Part shown: in pieces, positions 1 to 9,394 of the stretch
Position numbering within the stretch: the first letter of the stretch is position 1
Layout of the letters: each line of letters starts with the position of its first letter
From: a virus
Strand: one strand, 5' to 3'
IMG/VR virus record: IMGVR_UViG_3300033148_007227
Location: 39,856 to 103,855 of that record
DNA length: 64,000 bases
The notes under the pieces: generated by a model
The model's input: the letters and a program-made list of their open reading frames with translations, nothing else
What the model was told of the DNA's origin: nothing
The model's database searches: none
Translations under genes and position numbers: made by a program

Positions 1-330
1 CTTTCTCAAATTGAGCAGATTATTCAAACTGAGTCTAAACCTACTGATGTGGGAGGGGAAGCTTTTATTCGTAAATATATTGATAGAGGAGTTGATTGGT
101 TTAAAGAACTTCTTTGGAGAATATATAATGTAGGTGATAAAGATTTACTTAAAGATATAACTGTAGCTTTAAGGATTCCTGAATATAGTCATTTGTCTCC
201 AGCTCTTTCTGTAGTGAGAGCTAAAAAAAGAAGAAAGGCTGTTAAGGTAGGTGTGAGAGTAACTGTAACAAAAAGGAATATAAGACATGGGAAAGGTTTT
301 ACCAAAGAAACTAGGAAACGTTTACGATAG
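1..330 (+). CDS. 3' part of a hypothetical (probably virion/neck) protein; frame is open from position 1
   Basis: Frame of ORF 49..330 has no stop back to base 1; basic C-terminus; lies at the start of the structural module. Confidence 0.5.
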   Translation, partial: LSQIEQIIQTESKPTDVGGEAFIRKYIDRGVDWFKELLWRIYNVGDKDLLKDITVALRIPEYSHLSPALSVVRAKKRRKAVKVGVRVTVTKRNIRHGKGFTKETRKRLR

Positions 331-664
331 TTTTGAATTTAGTAGAGATGATAATTTTGTAGGAACTGAATTTAAGCAAAATTTTGTAGCTAGTTTATCT
401 TCAACTGTAAGAGATATAAGAGTAGTTTTTAATGATGATAGTTTATCTAATGTTCTTGTTAGAGGTGTCATTAGAAACTTTGCAGATGATAATAAGCAGA
501 TAATTTTTGAAAGTTATGGTAATGGTTTTTTTAACAGAAATGATGATAAGATAAATTTAGGAGCAGGACAATACTTTGGAATTGAAACTATAGCATTGGA
601 TACAGGCACCCCTCCTGGTGGTAAAGTTGTGTTAGTAATGAAATCCAACAACTGGAGAGATTAA
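287..664 (+). CDS. hypothetical beta-rich protein, probably virion structural
   Basis: 125-aa ORF with alternating hydrophobic pattern; TAATG overlap with next gene. Confidence 0.5.
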   Translation: MGKVLPKKLGNVYDSFEFSRDDNFVGTEFKQNFVASLSSTVRDIRVVFNDDSLSNVLVRGVIRNFADDNKQIIFESYGNGFFNRNDDKINLGAGQYFGIETIALDTGTPPGGKVVLVMKSNNWRD

Positions 665-1533
665 TGGGAGCACAGTTCTCAGGTTTTGATTCTGAAAATC
701 TTTATACAAATCCTGAAGGAGTTATTGTTACTCTTAAAGGGATAAGTAAAAGATTGAAGATATTTTTTGAAGATTCTAATAATGATCCTTATGATCCTAA
801 TGATATAAAATTAACTGTTCAGGATGAGAAAGATAATATTATTGTTCAGGATGATCTTGCTAGCGGTTTAATTGAGAAAGAAAGTGTTGGGGTTTTTTAT
901 ATTGATGCTGTGAATAGTACTTATGTTCCTAACTATGATCTTGTGGTTAATGCTCCTAAACATTATACTTTGCAATGGCAATGGCAGGATGTGTCTGCTG
1001 GAGAATGGTTTTTGATTCTTTCTTACCTTAGTGTTCTTAGGAACTCTACATTTGGTTGGTTTCCTAGATTGAAAAATGAGTTGGATAAAGCATTTAAATT
1101 AGTAGGAGATGCAAGGATAGGATATACAGATGCAAACCTTATGTATTATTTACAGGGAGGGTTAGATGAGATTAACACTTTTCCTCCTGTAACTGGATTT
1201 ACATTAGATAATTATCCTAAAACTTATGGTCAACTTTTAATTGATTCTGCAACTGTGGTGGGGATTACATCACAAGCTATGTTTGCTATTGATACGGATG
1301 TGGGCGCTTTTTCAGATCAAGGATTCTCATTTACTTTAGATCACTTTAGTAAGTTAAATAGTATGATGACATCATTACTTGCTAAAATAAAAGATCAATT
1401 AAGAATGTTTAAAATGGAGTTTACAAGTATTGGAGGAGTGCAGGTACAGATGGTTCCTTCATTTCCATTTTATACTTTTTTACGAACAGCTCCAGCGGGA
1501 TCATTGTTTAGAAATTTCTTTGTTTCGGGTTAA
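664..1533 (+). CDS. putative head-tail adaptor/neck protein with N-terminal Ig-like domain
   Basis: 289 aa; beta-rich N half, helical C half (YTDANLMYYL...EINTFPPVT, FSDQGFSFTLD); position upstream of neck and sheath genes. Confidence 0.5.
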   Translation: MGAQFSGFDSENLYTNPEGVIVTLKGISKRLKIFFEDSNNDPYDPNDIKLTVQDEKDNIIVQDDLASGLIEKESVGVFYIDAVNSTYVPNYDLVVNAPKHYTLQWQWQDVSAGEWFLILSYLSVLRNSTFGWFPRLKNELDKAFKLVGDARIGYTDANLMYYLQGGLDEINTFPPVTGFTLDNYPKTYGQLLIDSATVVGITSQAMFAIDTDVGAFSDQGFSFTLDHFSKLNSMMTSLLAKIKDQLRMFKMEFTSIGGVQVQMVPSFPFYTFLRTAPAGSLFRNFFVSG

Positions 1534-1547
1534 TAAGGAGATATTAA

Positions 1548-2633
1548 ATGAAAAAGAAATCATTGGAACTTTGGGAACCGGCTTCTAATTATTTAGGGGA
1601 AGATTTTAGAGATTATTATATAGGTCCTTCTATTAGTAGAGATAGTGGTGCTCTTGAAAAATCTAATTTTGAAGTGGCTTTGGAGATGTTAGGGGGAGAA
1701 GGTGATGGGGTTAGTGTTGAAAGATTTAGTCATTGGGCGGTAGGATGGATTGAGGTTATTTTAGTTCACAAAGATGCCTCAGATAAAATTGCTATATTGG
1801 AAGATATTGAAAGACGATTGGAAGATTATCCTATTCTTGATGAATATGATTATTCAGAAAAAGAAAGTGAGGAGATTACTGAGAATTATAATTCATGGGG
1901 AAAAGATTATATTATAAACATCATAAATTTGGATGAACTCATGGATTTTAATTTTGATTCTTTATCTGATGAAACTAGAGCAACAATTGAAGATTCCTTG
2001 TGGAATCTTTATAGAAATAATGCTGAATACACAGGATCAGAAGTAGATGTTGATGAAAGAGGAGTAGAGGAGGATTGGAAAAGAGAAATTAAAAGATTGT
2101 CGGAAAAAGGAATTAACTTTATATATACTTATGATGGGATGATAGTTGGTGTTTGGGGGGAATCTGATATAGAAGAACTGAAACAATATTATGGGGAAGA
2201 TGAAATCAAAGCTCTTCCTGAACATGAGCCAGTTCCTAAAGAGCAGATGAGTTTGCCTTTTGAAAGTAAAAAAGCTCAGGAATTTGAAGTAGTGAATCCT
2301 GAAGATGAGGATTTTTGGAAAAATACATATCTGATTTATCTCGGACCTTTTGGAAGCAAGTTTGTTGTTTATGCTGATAATGAGGATGATGCTCTTGATT
2401 ATTTGATTGATTATGCTGACGAGAAAAATTATAAAGGCTTCTTTTTGGATGATGAGAAAATTAATGAACTTGAAGAAGAGGGATGTTTAGATGAATATAT
2501 AAGTGGTGGGAATTATGGAAAGTATTTAAGTTTTCCAGAGAATGAAGTTAGGATTAAAAGAATAAAAAGTTTAAGTTTTATAAATTCTTCTAAATATAAA
2601 AAGCTCAAGAGTTTAAGCCTGGAGATAAAGTAG
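1548..2633 (+). CDS. acidic multi-module hypothetical protein, possibly extended to 2734 via a -1 frameshift
   Basis: 361 aa with AAGGAG RBS; internal KKAQEF motif that recurs in the -1 frame at 2598-2615. Confidence 0.6.
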   Translation: MKKKSLELWEPASNYLGEDFRDYYIGPSISRDSGALEKSNFEVALEMLGGEGDGVSVERFSHWAVGWIEVILVHKDASDKIAILEDIERRLEDYPILDEYDYSEKESEEITENYNSWGKDYIINIINLDELMDFNFDSLSDETRATIEDSLWNLYRNNAEYTGSEVDVDERGVEEDWKREIKRLSEKGINFIYTYDGMIVGVWGESDIEELKQYYGEDEIKALPEHEPVPKEQMSLPFESKKAQEFEVVNPEDEDFWKNTYLIYLGPFGSKFVVYADNEDDALDYLIDYADEKNYKGFFLDDEKINELEEEGCLDEYISGGNYGKYLSFPENEVRIKRIKSLSFINSSKYKKLKSLSLEIK

Positions 2634-2752
2634 AAGTTTTGGTTGATGATAAACAACCTTATTTATCGTATGAGGGTGAAATAGATAAAGTTTTGAGTGA
2701 AATGGGGAGTGAAGTTTTATCACAGATAAAATAGTAATTAAAGGAGGAAAAA

Positions 2753-3010
2753 ATGTTAAATTTAGTTATTGTGGGGTCAATTTGTTTGGTGATTGGTATT
2801 ATATCCGGTTATATTATTTCTAATTTGAAGCAGGTTAAGAATTTTGAATCTCAAATGCAAAAAGAAATAGAAAAGATAAAGTTTCAAGGGAAGAAGGAGA
2901 TTGATAACTTTGAAGCAGAGATTGAAAATAAAGTAAATTTAGGAAAAGAAGCTAAGAATATTTTGGTTGAGAATATAAAAAAGATGAAAGAGCAACTAGA
3001 GAATCTTTGA
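2753..3010 (+). CDS. small membrane-anchored coiled-coil protein
   Basis: AGGAGG RBS; N-terminal hydrophobic helix followed by K/E-rich heptads. Confidence 0.6.
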   Translation: MLNLVIVGSICLVIGIISGYIISNLKQVKNFESQMQKEIEKIKFQGKKEIDNFEAEIENKVNLGKEAKNILVENIKKMKEQLENL

Positions 3011-3013
3011 AAA

Positions 3014-3190
3014 ATGAAAATTATTGATAATGAAAAAAGTAATTAAATTGATTTTGATACTTATGATGAAGCTATGGACTATGCTAAGTCTTTAACTGAG
3101 AATTGATGAGAAACAGTTAAAATTTATGAAGATGGAATAAAAGAATCTGTTGGTTGTGTTGATAAAGAAGGTGATGGTAAATTTCATTAA
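3014..3190 (+). pseudogene. decayed small gene with in-frame stops
   Basis: Reads MKIIDNEKSN*IDFDTYDEAMDYAKSLTEN**ETVKIYEDGIKESVGCVDKEGDGKFH* in one frame with normal codon style. Confidence 0.4.
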
Positions 3191-3216
3191 TTTAGATTTT
3201 TGAGAAATTATTTATT

Positions 3217-3960
3217 ATGGGGATAATTGAAATATCAAAAGAATTAAGAAATTGGATAATCCTGATTGTAGTTTTAGGAGTATTGGGGTTGGTAGGTTGT
3301 CTATATGGAAAGAACTATATAGACAATAAAAATAAACAAATAAATGATCTTGAGAAAAAACTGAGAGAGAAACCTAAAGTTGAAATCAAGTACCAGGATA
3401 GGGTAGTTGAAAAGGAAGTTATCAAATATAAAGATAGATGGCGTGTAAAGACGGAAGAGAGGATAGTCTATAAAGAACCCTCACTGGAGGTGCAAAAGGC
3501 ATTTTTGATCTATTGCGAAGCATGTGAGAAGGAAAATATATCTCCTTTGATAAGTATAGATGCTCTGAGATTCAAATGCACTGCTAATATCTGCAATCAG
3601 GAAGAATCAGAATGTGATGTGCAGGAGGGATATACGATTGTTAAAGAAAAAGAAATTAAAGATAAAATAGCTAAAATTTCTGTGATTGGTGGTTATGAAT
3701 TTGTAAATAAAGGTATGATGATAGGAGCTAGTTTTATAGATTATAAAGGAATAACAGTGGGAGCAGATATGGTTTCTGATTTTGAAAATGCTGAAAATTC
3801 AGGAATTGGAGGGTTTGTAGGGTATAGACCACAAACTAAGAAATGGAAATTGAATACAGTTGTTGGAGTAGGAGCTTTAAGTCATTTTGATGATTTTTCT
3901 GAGATAGGACTTCAAGGTTTCATAGGTTTTAATATAATTGATCGGAAGAGTAGAAAATGA
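3217..3960 (+). CDS. membrane/lipoprotein with coiled coil and C-terminal amphipathic beta-strands (spanin-like candidate)
   Basis: TM segment ending in LVGC (lipobox-like), coiled coil, then Gly/aromatic alternating strands (SVIGGYEF, GIGGFVGYRP, IGLQGFIGFNI). Confidence 0.45.
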   Translation: MGIIEISKELRNWIILIVVLGVLGLVGCLYGKNYIDNKNKQINDLEKKLREKPKVEIKYQDRVVEKEVIKYKDRWRVKTEERIVYKEPSLEVQKAFLIYCEACEKENISPLISIDALRFKCTANICNQEESECDVQEGYTIVKEKEIKDKIAKISVIGGYEFVNKGMMIGASFIDYKGITVGADMVSDFENAENSGIGGFVGYRPQTKKWKLNTVVGVGALSHFDDFSEIGLQGFIGFNIIDRKSRK

Positions 3961-4280
3961 AAAAAATAAGAATATATGAGAAACTTAAAGGTTGGAAATT
4001 AAAATGGTATGTTGCTGGATGGGATGATTTGGATTTGGCAAGAAAATGGTATGAGGCAGGATGGGACAATCCTACCTCAGCTATGGGTTTTTATGAAGCT
4101 GGTTGGTTAGACCCTATATTAGCTCTTGAATGGAAAAAATCTGGATGGAGTGGGATTGATGCTGATTATGCTCTGAAATATTATAATAAAGGTTTTGATC
4201 CTTCAGAGGCTCTTCATTTTTTTGAAGATGAAGGTTTAAGACCTGATGAAGCTTTGGAGATGATGAAAAATGACGTTTAA
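3957..4280 (+). CDS. Trp-rich short-repeat protein (about 14-aa WxxAGW repeats)
   Basis: WYVAGW, WYEAGW, FYEAGW, WKKSGW, YYNKGF repeats; ATGA overlap with upstream gene. Confidence 0.65.
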   Translation: MKKIRIYEKLKGWKLKWYVAGWDDLDLARKWYEAGWDNPTSAMGFYEAGWLDPILALEWKKSGWSGIDADYALKYYNKGFDPSEALHFFEDEGLRPDEALEMMKNDV

Positions 4281-4485
4281 TGAGATTATGGATGTTCTTC
4301 AGAGTATGGCTTTTGATGTTCCTGAGTATCGTGATAAAATAAGAGAAGTTGCTATGTCTATTGAAAGTAAAAGAAATCGTTTGAGAGATTATGTTAATGA
4401 ATTAGAAGAATTATCTTATTATTATAATGATAAAGAATTAGAAGATATTTTTAAGAAACTTGATAATGTTGTGTATGGAGATTAA
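4270..4485 (+). CDS. hypothetical helical protein
   Basis: 71-aa ORF tightly packed between neighbours. Confidence 0.55.
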   Translation: MTFNEIMDVLQSMAFDVPEYRDKIREVAMSIESKRNRLRDYVNELEELSYYYNDKELEDIFKKLDNVVYGD

Positions 4486-4488
4486 TTG

Positions 4489-5427
4489 ATGGTATATTGG
4501 GGAAGGAATCCTAATAAAGTTATAGATCAATGGTGTGAACTTGATCGAGTAAGAAAACAAGTAGAAACAGGCAGAGATATTATTCAAATTAGAGCTAATT
4601 TGTGGATGGTGATAAATGATGGTGTAACTTGTTCTTGTAAGAAGAACGAAGGATTTGATAAACTTTGTTTTACTTGTTATGGAACTGGATTTATAGGTGG
4701 ATTTAGGAAGATAATAAACTTTTATAATACATTAAGTGCTACTGGATCAGTAAGTTATAATCAGAATGGGGTTGTTTCTTCTATTTCCAATCCTCTTTTG
4801 GTTAATATAGAGCAAGTTACAGATATTCTTCCTTTTAGATATAGACTTGTAGATGGAGAAGGATCAGGAACTATTGAGTGGACTGGGTTAGATTTATCTG
4901 ATATTTATGATTTTCAGTTTGATAATAGAGCTTTTTTGAGAGATACAGATTTAGGAACTGCTGAAGTATCTGTTGACATTAATGTTGATGCTTCGGGTTA
5001 TGTACCAATTACAACTTTGGTTGGGAATGATTTTGTAGGAGCTCATAGTGCTGATGTGAGAATATCTTTGAGTAGAAGTGATTTGAGTATGAGAAGCCCT
5101 CTATTTGAAATTTTGAGGATACGGGGAAGGAAAATCAAGAAAGATGTAGATTATATAATAATTTCAAAAAGTAGAGGACCAGAAGATGAAGCTTTTGAAA
5201 GAACTGGAAAGATTGATATTGAAAGTGGTATATCTGGATTGTGGACCATACTTGAATTTGAGATTACCCCAAAAGCTCTAATTGAGATGATTGATTCTCC
5301 ATTTACTGGTAATAGGTATCAATTATTTAATTTTAGAAGATCATTTTGGAAAGACAAAACTTTCAGGCAGATTTTTGACGGGCGTATGATATCTCGTGAT
5401 CGTGAGATTTTCAATGAGGTTTTTTAA
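4489..5427 (+). CDS. putative neck/head-closure protein
   Basis: CSC...CFTCYGTGFIGGF motif typical of large-myovirus neck proteins; GGAG RBS before ATG 4489; synteny. Confidence 0.55.
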   Translation: MVYWGRNPNKVIDQWCELDRVRKQVETGRDIIQIRANLWMVINDGVTCSCKKNEGFDKLCFTCYGTGFIGGFRKIINFYNTLSATGSVSYNQNGVVSSISNPLLVNIEQVTDILPFRYRLVDGEGSGTIEWTGLDLSDIYDFQFDNRAFLRDTDLGTAEVSVDINVDASGYVPITTLVGNDFVGAHSADVRISLSRSDLSMRSPLFEILRIRGRKIKKDVDYIIISKSRGPEDEAFERTGKIDIESGISGLWTILEFEITPKALIEMIDSPFTGNRYQLFNFRRSFWKDKTFRQIFDGRMISRDREIFNEVF

Positions 5428-6366
5428 TTGTCTGATATAATAACAGGATTCGAGAGACTGAGTGATTTTGTAAGAAGCACTTTTGTTTCTAGGATATCAG
5501 AATTTTTTAGTGCTCAAGATGGATTTTTAAGAGCTGTAGTTTCTGAAGTTCCAAATATAGAAAAGTATGAGATAACGGAAAATCAGGAAAGATTTTCAAG
5601 TTCAGTTCATATTCAGAGATATTTTGCTGATCTTTTTGAAAAATTACCTTTGATAGCTATAACAACTACAGGAGCCAGACAAGCTTTCAATCAGGTGGGA
5701 ATACAGGAATTTATGAATGAATATAATCCAGTTGTAATATCATCTTTGGATGCTCCTTACACTTTAGCCGATCAGGATGATCTTGTAGTAAAAATTAATG
5801 GTGTAGAATATACTATAATTTTTGAAAGTATAATGTTTGATGATATTACAGATGTTTCTATTAAAGAGTTTAAGGATGTTGTGGATCAACTATTAATTTT
5901 TTTGAGGTCTTATGACGTAGAAGGAAAGTTGGCTCTTAGAGATGTTTATTCAAGACCACTTGAGATAGTGGGTGGTTCAGCAGTGACAAAGTTAGGTTTT
6001 ACAAGTGGTCAAACTCCTGCTAATACTTTTATAAAATATTCTTTAATTTCTGAATCTATGGAAGCAGTTGTGGATATTGTAACTTCTGATAGAAATCAAA
6101 GAGTGGAAATTATGGATTTACTTTCTTCACTTTTTGGATTCTATGTTTTTGATAGATATCTTGGGCAATGGTTGGAGGAGGAAGGTTTTATATTCTTTAC
6201 AACTAATTATAGTAGGAGAGGAGAATCTGAAACTTTTTTGGATAATGCTCCTGTGGAAAAATTGTATTTTGATACTTTATCTATTCCGGTTAGAGCGTTT
6301 GTTCAAATTGATAGAGAGGAAAATTTTGAAGAATTGAATATATCGAAAGAAGGAATTATTCTGTGA
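5428..6366 (+). CDS. putative tail terminator/completion protein with inserted domain
   Basis: 312 aa, TTG start after GAGG; EKLPLIAIT motif; last intact gene before the sheath. Confidence 0.5.
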   Translation: MSDIITGFERLSDFVRSTFVSRISEFFSAQDGFLRAVVSEVPNIEKYEITENQERFSSSVHIQRYFADLFEKLPLIAITTTGARQAFNQVGIQEFMNEYNPVVISSLDAPYTLADQDDLVVKINGVEYTIIFESIMFDDITDVSIKEFKDVVDQLLIFLRSYDVEGKLALRDVYSRPLEIVGGSAVTKLGFTSGQTPANTFIKYSLISESMEAVVDIVTSDRNQRVEIMDLLSSLFGFYVFDRYLGQWLEEEGFIFFTTNYSRRGESETFLDNAPVEKLYFDTLSIPVRAFVQIDREENFEELNISKEGIIL

Positions 6367-6379
6367 TTTTTAAAATTTT

Positions 6380-6638
6380 TTCAGTAAATTAGGTTATCAT
6401 AGAGAGTGTAAAAAGGAACTTTCTGAAACTTGATATTTATATTCAAATAGCTTCAAAGATGATTGGGATATTAAGCTAAGTTTCAGTAGTTAAGGAGATT
6501 GCTTAAATGTAAAAAATTTTTGTGGTTGATAGGAAAGGAAAGTCATTTCTTTCGACTTGTTCTACAAGAGCAAGATTATTATTGAAGAAAAATAAAGCTA
6601 AAATTATATATGGTTTTCCATTCGTAATTCAGTTGTAA
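6380..6638 (+). mobile_element. degenerate IS200/IS605-family IscB/IsrB relic: PLMP (RRXRR N-terminal) pseudogene at 6507-6638 and possible omega-RNA remnant upstream
   Basis: 6507-6638 reads M*KIFVVDRKGKSFLSTCSTRARLLLKKNKAKIIYGFPFVIQL*, matching VFVxDxxGKPLMPCxPxRARxLLKxGKAxVxxxxPFTIQL; AAGGAG RBS; inverted repeat CTGAAACTT/AAGTTTCAG at 6423-6431/6478-6486. Confidence 0.65.
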
Positions 6639-6665
6639 ATTGAATAAAAAGGGAGGTCATGTAAG

Positions 6666-8666
6666 ATGACACAATATATTGAGCCTGGAACTTATATAAC
6701 TGAGTTGTTTAAACCTCAAGCTGTTATTCCTCCTGGTTTGGGTTTGAATCTAGTTATTGTAGGAGTAGGGAGTAAACAAAAGTCTATAGTCAATGAGGAA
6801 GTTTTGAGAGGAGGAATATATAATGAACTTTTGACTGTGTCCGGTACGTCTCCTCATTCAGCTACGTTGGTTAATACTTCAGATCAGAAAAAGGAAAACA
6901 CAACTATTTATGCTGATGGAATTGCTCTGACTTTGGATCAGTGGCAGTTTAATTCTGCTACTGAGGTTCAGATTCTTGATGCTTATTTTAATTCAGGAGC
7001 TACTTATACAATAGATTATGTAGCGATTGATTCATATATTGATGATCTTGATAATGAAATTCAAAGTGTGGATAAGGTGGGTTTGTTTTCTGGAAGTTCA
7101 AATTACAAAGAAAATGAGGATTTTCAAATAACAGGTGGTGATATTGATTGGACAATATTAACTGATGCGGAGTTTACTGGATTAAATACTGAAACTTTTG
7201 ATGTATCTACCAATAAAAATTTGAAGCTGAGTTTAGATGGAAAACCTTCTATAACGATTGATGTTTCTGCGACCGCATCTGATCCTGCAAATGCGACTGC
7301 GACTGAGATTGTTACTGACATTAATGCGGCTTTGGTGGCAAGTGGAGATTATGGAGCTGATTATGGATCGGTTGCTTCTGATGTTGGTGGAAAAGTTAAA
7401 CTTACTGCTCCAGGTCTTGATCCTTATGTCGGGATCAATTCTATAATAACTTTGTTTACCACAACTGATTCTGCTCTTGATACAATTTTTGGTTTGTCTG
7501 AAGATGATGCTCCTTATGAGTATAGAGGAACAGGAAAGAGACCTTTAGCTGGTCAAACATATTTTGTGGATTATAAAATAACTAGACCTAGCTCAGATTA
7601 TAATAAAGTAAGACAATTTAATAATGATATTGATTTTTACAATGACATAGGTTACCCGGCTGAGGGTAATACATTGGCTAATGCGGGAGAGTTGGCTTGG
7701 TCAAGAGGTGTTTTAACTCTGTTTGTTGTTCAGGTGGAAGATGCTGATGATGATGGGGTTTATACAAATTCTGATTTTATTACTGCAATTGATGCTCTTG
7801 TGGATGAGAGAGAGGCTACTGATATTGTGGTCTTGAGAAGTAATGCTACGATAAGAGCAAAGGTGAGAGATGTACTTACAAATGAGAGTGCGCAACTGAA
7901 ATCAAACTATAAGAGATATTGGTGTGGGATGCCAAGAGGATCATCTTTGGGAGATGTAGATACTCCTGATACGGCTATTTGGGTGGCCCAGAGAGAGTTT
8001 TCTGTCACCCCTGATTCAGTAGCAAGAGGAAGATTTATAGTTATCTTTCCTTCTGATTTACAACAGACGATTGTTGAGAATACAACAGAAAAAATTCTTG
8101 ATGTTGATTCTAATTATATGGCTACGATTCTTGCGGCCGAGACTGTAAGTTTTGAAAATGCAAGTAATAGTCTCTTTGGAAAAACTTTCTCAGGGTTGAC
8201 AGTTGAAAATAATCTCAGTAAGGCTGATATGAGATTTGCGGCGGCTAACGGTATAACTTGTGTTTTCCAGGAAGGGGGAGTATTGAAGTTGTTTGATGTT
8301 CTTACTACCGATGCTTCCGGGGATGCAAGATATGAAGAACCTTCAAGCTCTACACAGAAAGATAATTTAGCTTTCAAAATGATTGATGCTATTGATAATA
8401 ATTTAAAAGGGATAGTACCTGATAATCCTTCAGAATTTGTTGGTACTATTAAAGCGGTTGCTGGAGGAGTTATACTTGGAGAAATTGAATCTGGTAATAT
8501 TGGATACTATACAGATGATGATGGGAATGTGAGAGATATAGATTATAATGTTGATCTAGTAGCTTTCAGAGAAGCTGGTGATCCTAGAAATTATCGGTTG
8601 AGATACTACTTTAATTTGAGATATGTTGCTAAGAGATTCTTTGGTGAGTTCACCGTTACGATTTAA
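6666..8666 (+). CDS. contractile tail sheath protein
   Basis: 666 aa; N-terminal YIEPGTYITE motif; C-terminal sheath core; followed by tube, chaperone and tape measure; GGGAGG RBS. Confidence 0.85.
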   Translation: MTQYIEPGTYITELFKPQAVIPPGLGLNLVIVGVGSKQKSIVNEEVLRGGIYNELLTVSGTSPHSATLVNTSDQKKENTTIYADGIALTLDQWQFNSATEVQILDAYFNSGATYTIDYVAIDSYIDDLDNEIQSVDKVGLFSGSSNYKENEDFQITGGDIDWTILTDAEFTGLNTETFDVSTNKNLKLSLDGKPSITIDVSATASDPANATATEIVTDINAALVASGDYGADYGSVASDVGGKVKLTAPGLDPYVGINSIITLFTTTDSALDTIFGLSEDDAPYEYRGTGKRPLAGQTYFVDYKITRPSSDYNKVRQFNNDIDFYNDIGYPAEGNTLANAGELAWSRGVLTLFVVQVEDADDDGVYTNSDFITAIDALVDEREATDIVVLRSNATIRAKVRDVLTNESAQLKSNYKRYWCGMPRGSSLGDVDTPDTAIWVAQREFSVTPDSVARGRFIVIFPSDLQQTIVENTTEKILDVDSNYMATILAAETVSFENASNSLFGKTFSGLTVENNLSKADMRFAAANGITCVFQEGGVLKLFDVLTTDASGDARYEEPSSSTQKDNLAFKMIDAIDNNLKGIVPDNPSEFVGTIKAVAGGVILGEIESGNIGYYTDDDGNVRDIDYNVDLVAFREAGDPRNYRLRYYFNLRYVAKRFFGEFTVTI

Positions 8667-8894
8667 GTGTTTGATGCTGTGTTGGGAGCTTTACAAGATG
8701 AATGTTATATTATATGAGAAGATGGAGAATATTCTTTGGCTCCTGGTTATGAAAACATATCTTTAGAGAAATTAAAAATGAAGATGCTGGAAGTTCCTTT
8801 AGTTACTATTTCAGGAAGAAATTTTAAGTTGAGTAACTTAGAAGATGTTGTTATTGAGCTTATTATAGAACAAACTATAGACTGGATTATATAA
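8667..8894 (+). pseudogene. interrupted small ORF between sheath and tube genes
   Basis: 75-codon frame with a single internal TGA at 8715-8717 (YII*EDGEYSL). Confidence 0.35.
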
Positions 8895-8917
8895 AAATAA
8901 AATAGGAGGATAGTAAA

Positions 8918-9394
8918 ATGCCTGAAACTTTTCCAGTAAATAATCCCCCTGATACTTTGATAAAATCCTCACATGGGATACAAATTAAAGTAAGGGGAGA
9001 AACAATCGGAGCTATTGCGTCTTGGAGACCAGCAGATTATTCAAGGGAGATGAGACACATTTTTGAGTTGAATCCTTTGTCATCTGGTCATCCTATTGAT
9101 GTGGTTCCTGGGAACCTTGGTGGTTTTACACTTGATGTGGAAAGATATGATATCTGGCGTAGAGAGTTTGAAACTATCTTTGGTGGTGATGTAAGCTTGT
9201 ATGAAGCTCTTGGGAGACAGGATAATCCTTTTGAGATTTATCAGTATTTATGGCATCCTGATGGGTTCAAAGAATTGGTAGTATATAGAGGAACTTGGTT
9301 TAATCGTGTGGGTAGAGAGTATAGGGCTGATGGAGAAAGGACAGTTATGGTTAGAGCAGGGTTGACTTTTGTGAGGAGAGATAAAGTGATATAA
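8918..9394 (+). CDS. tail tube protein
   Basis: 158 aa beta-rich protein after the sheath; AGGAGG RBS; tube-like pattern (IGAIASW...FTLDVERY...VVYRGTWF). Confidence 0.75.
   Translation: MPETFPVNNPPDTLIKSSHGIQIKVRGETIGAIASWRPADYSREMRHIFELNPLSSGHPIDVVPGNLGGFTLDVERYDIWRREFETIFGGDVSLYEALGRQDNPFEIYQYLWHPDGFKELVVYRGTWFNRVGREYRADGERTVMVRAGLTFVRRDKVI

Noticed and set aside
8667-8894. TGA recoding (alternative genetic code) suggested by in-frame TGA at 8715, about 3095 and 56372
   Set aside because: Conserved genes translate full-length in the standard code, many end in TGA with ATGA overlaps, the 3014 relic also has a TAA, and no suppressor tRNA was seen. Gene decay is the simpler explanation.
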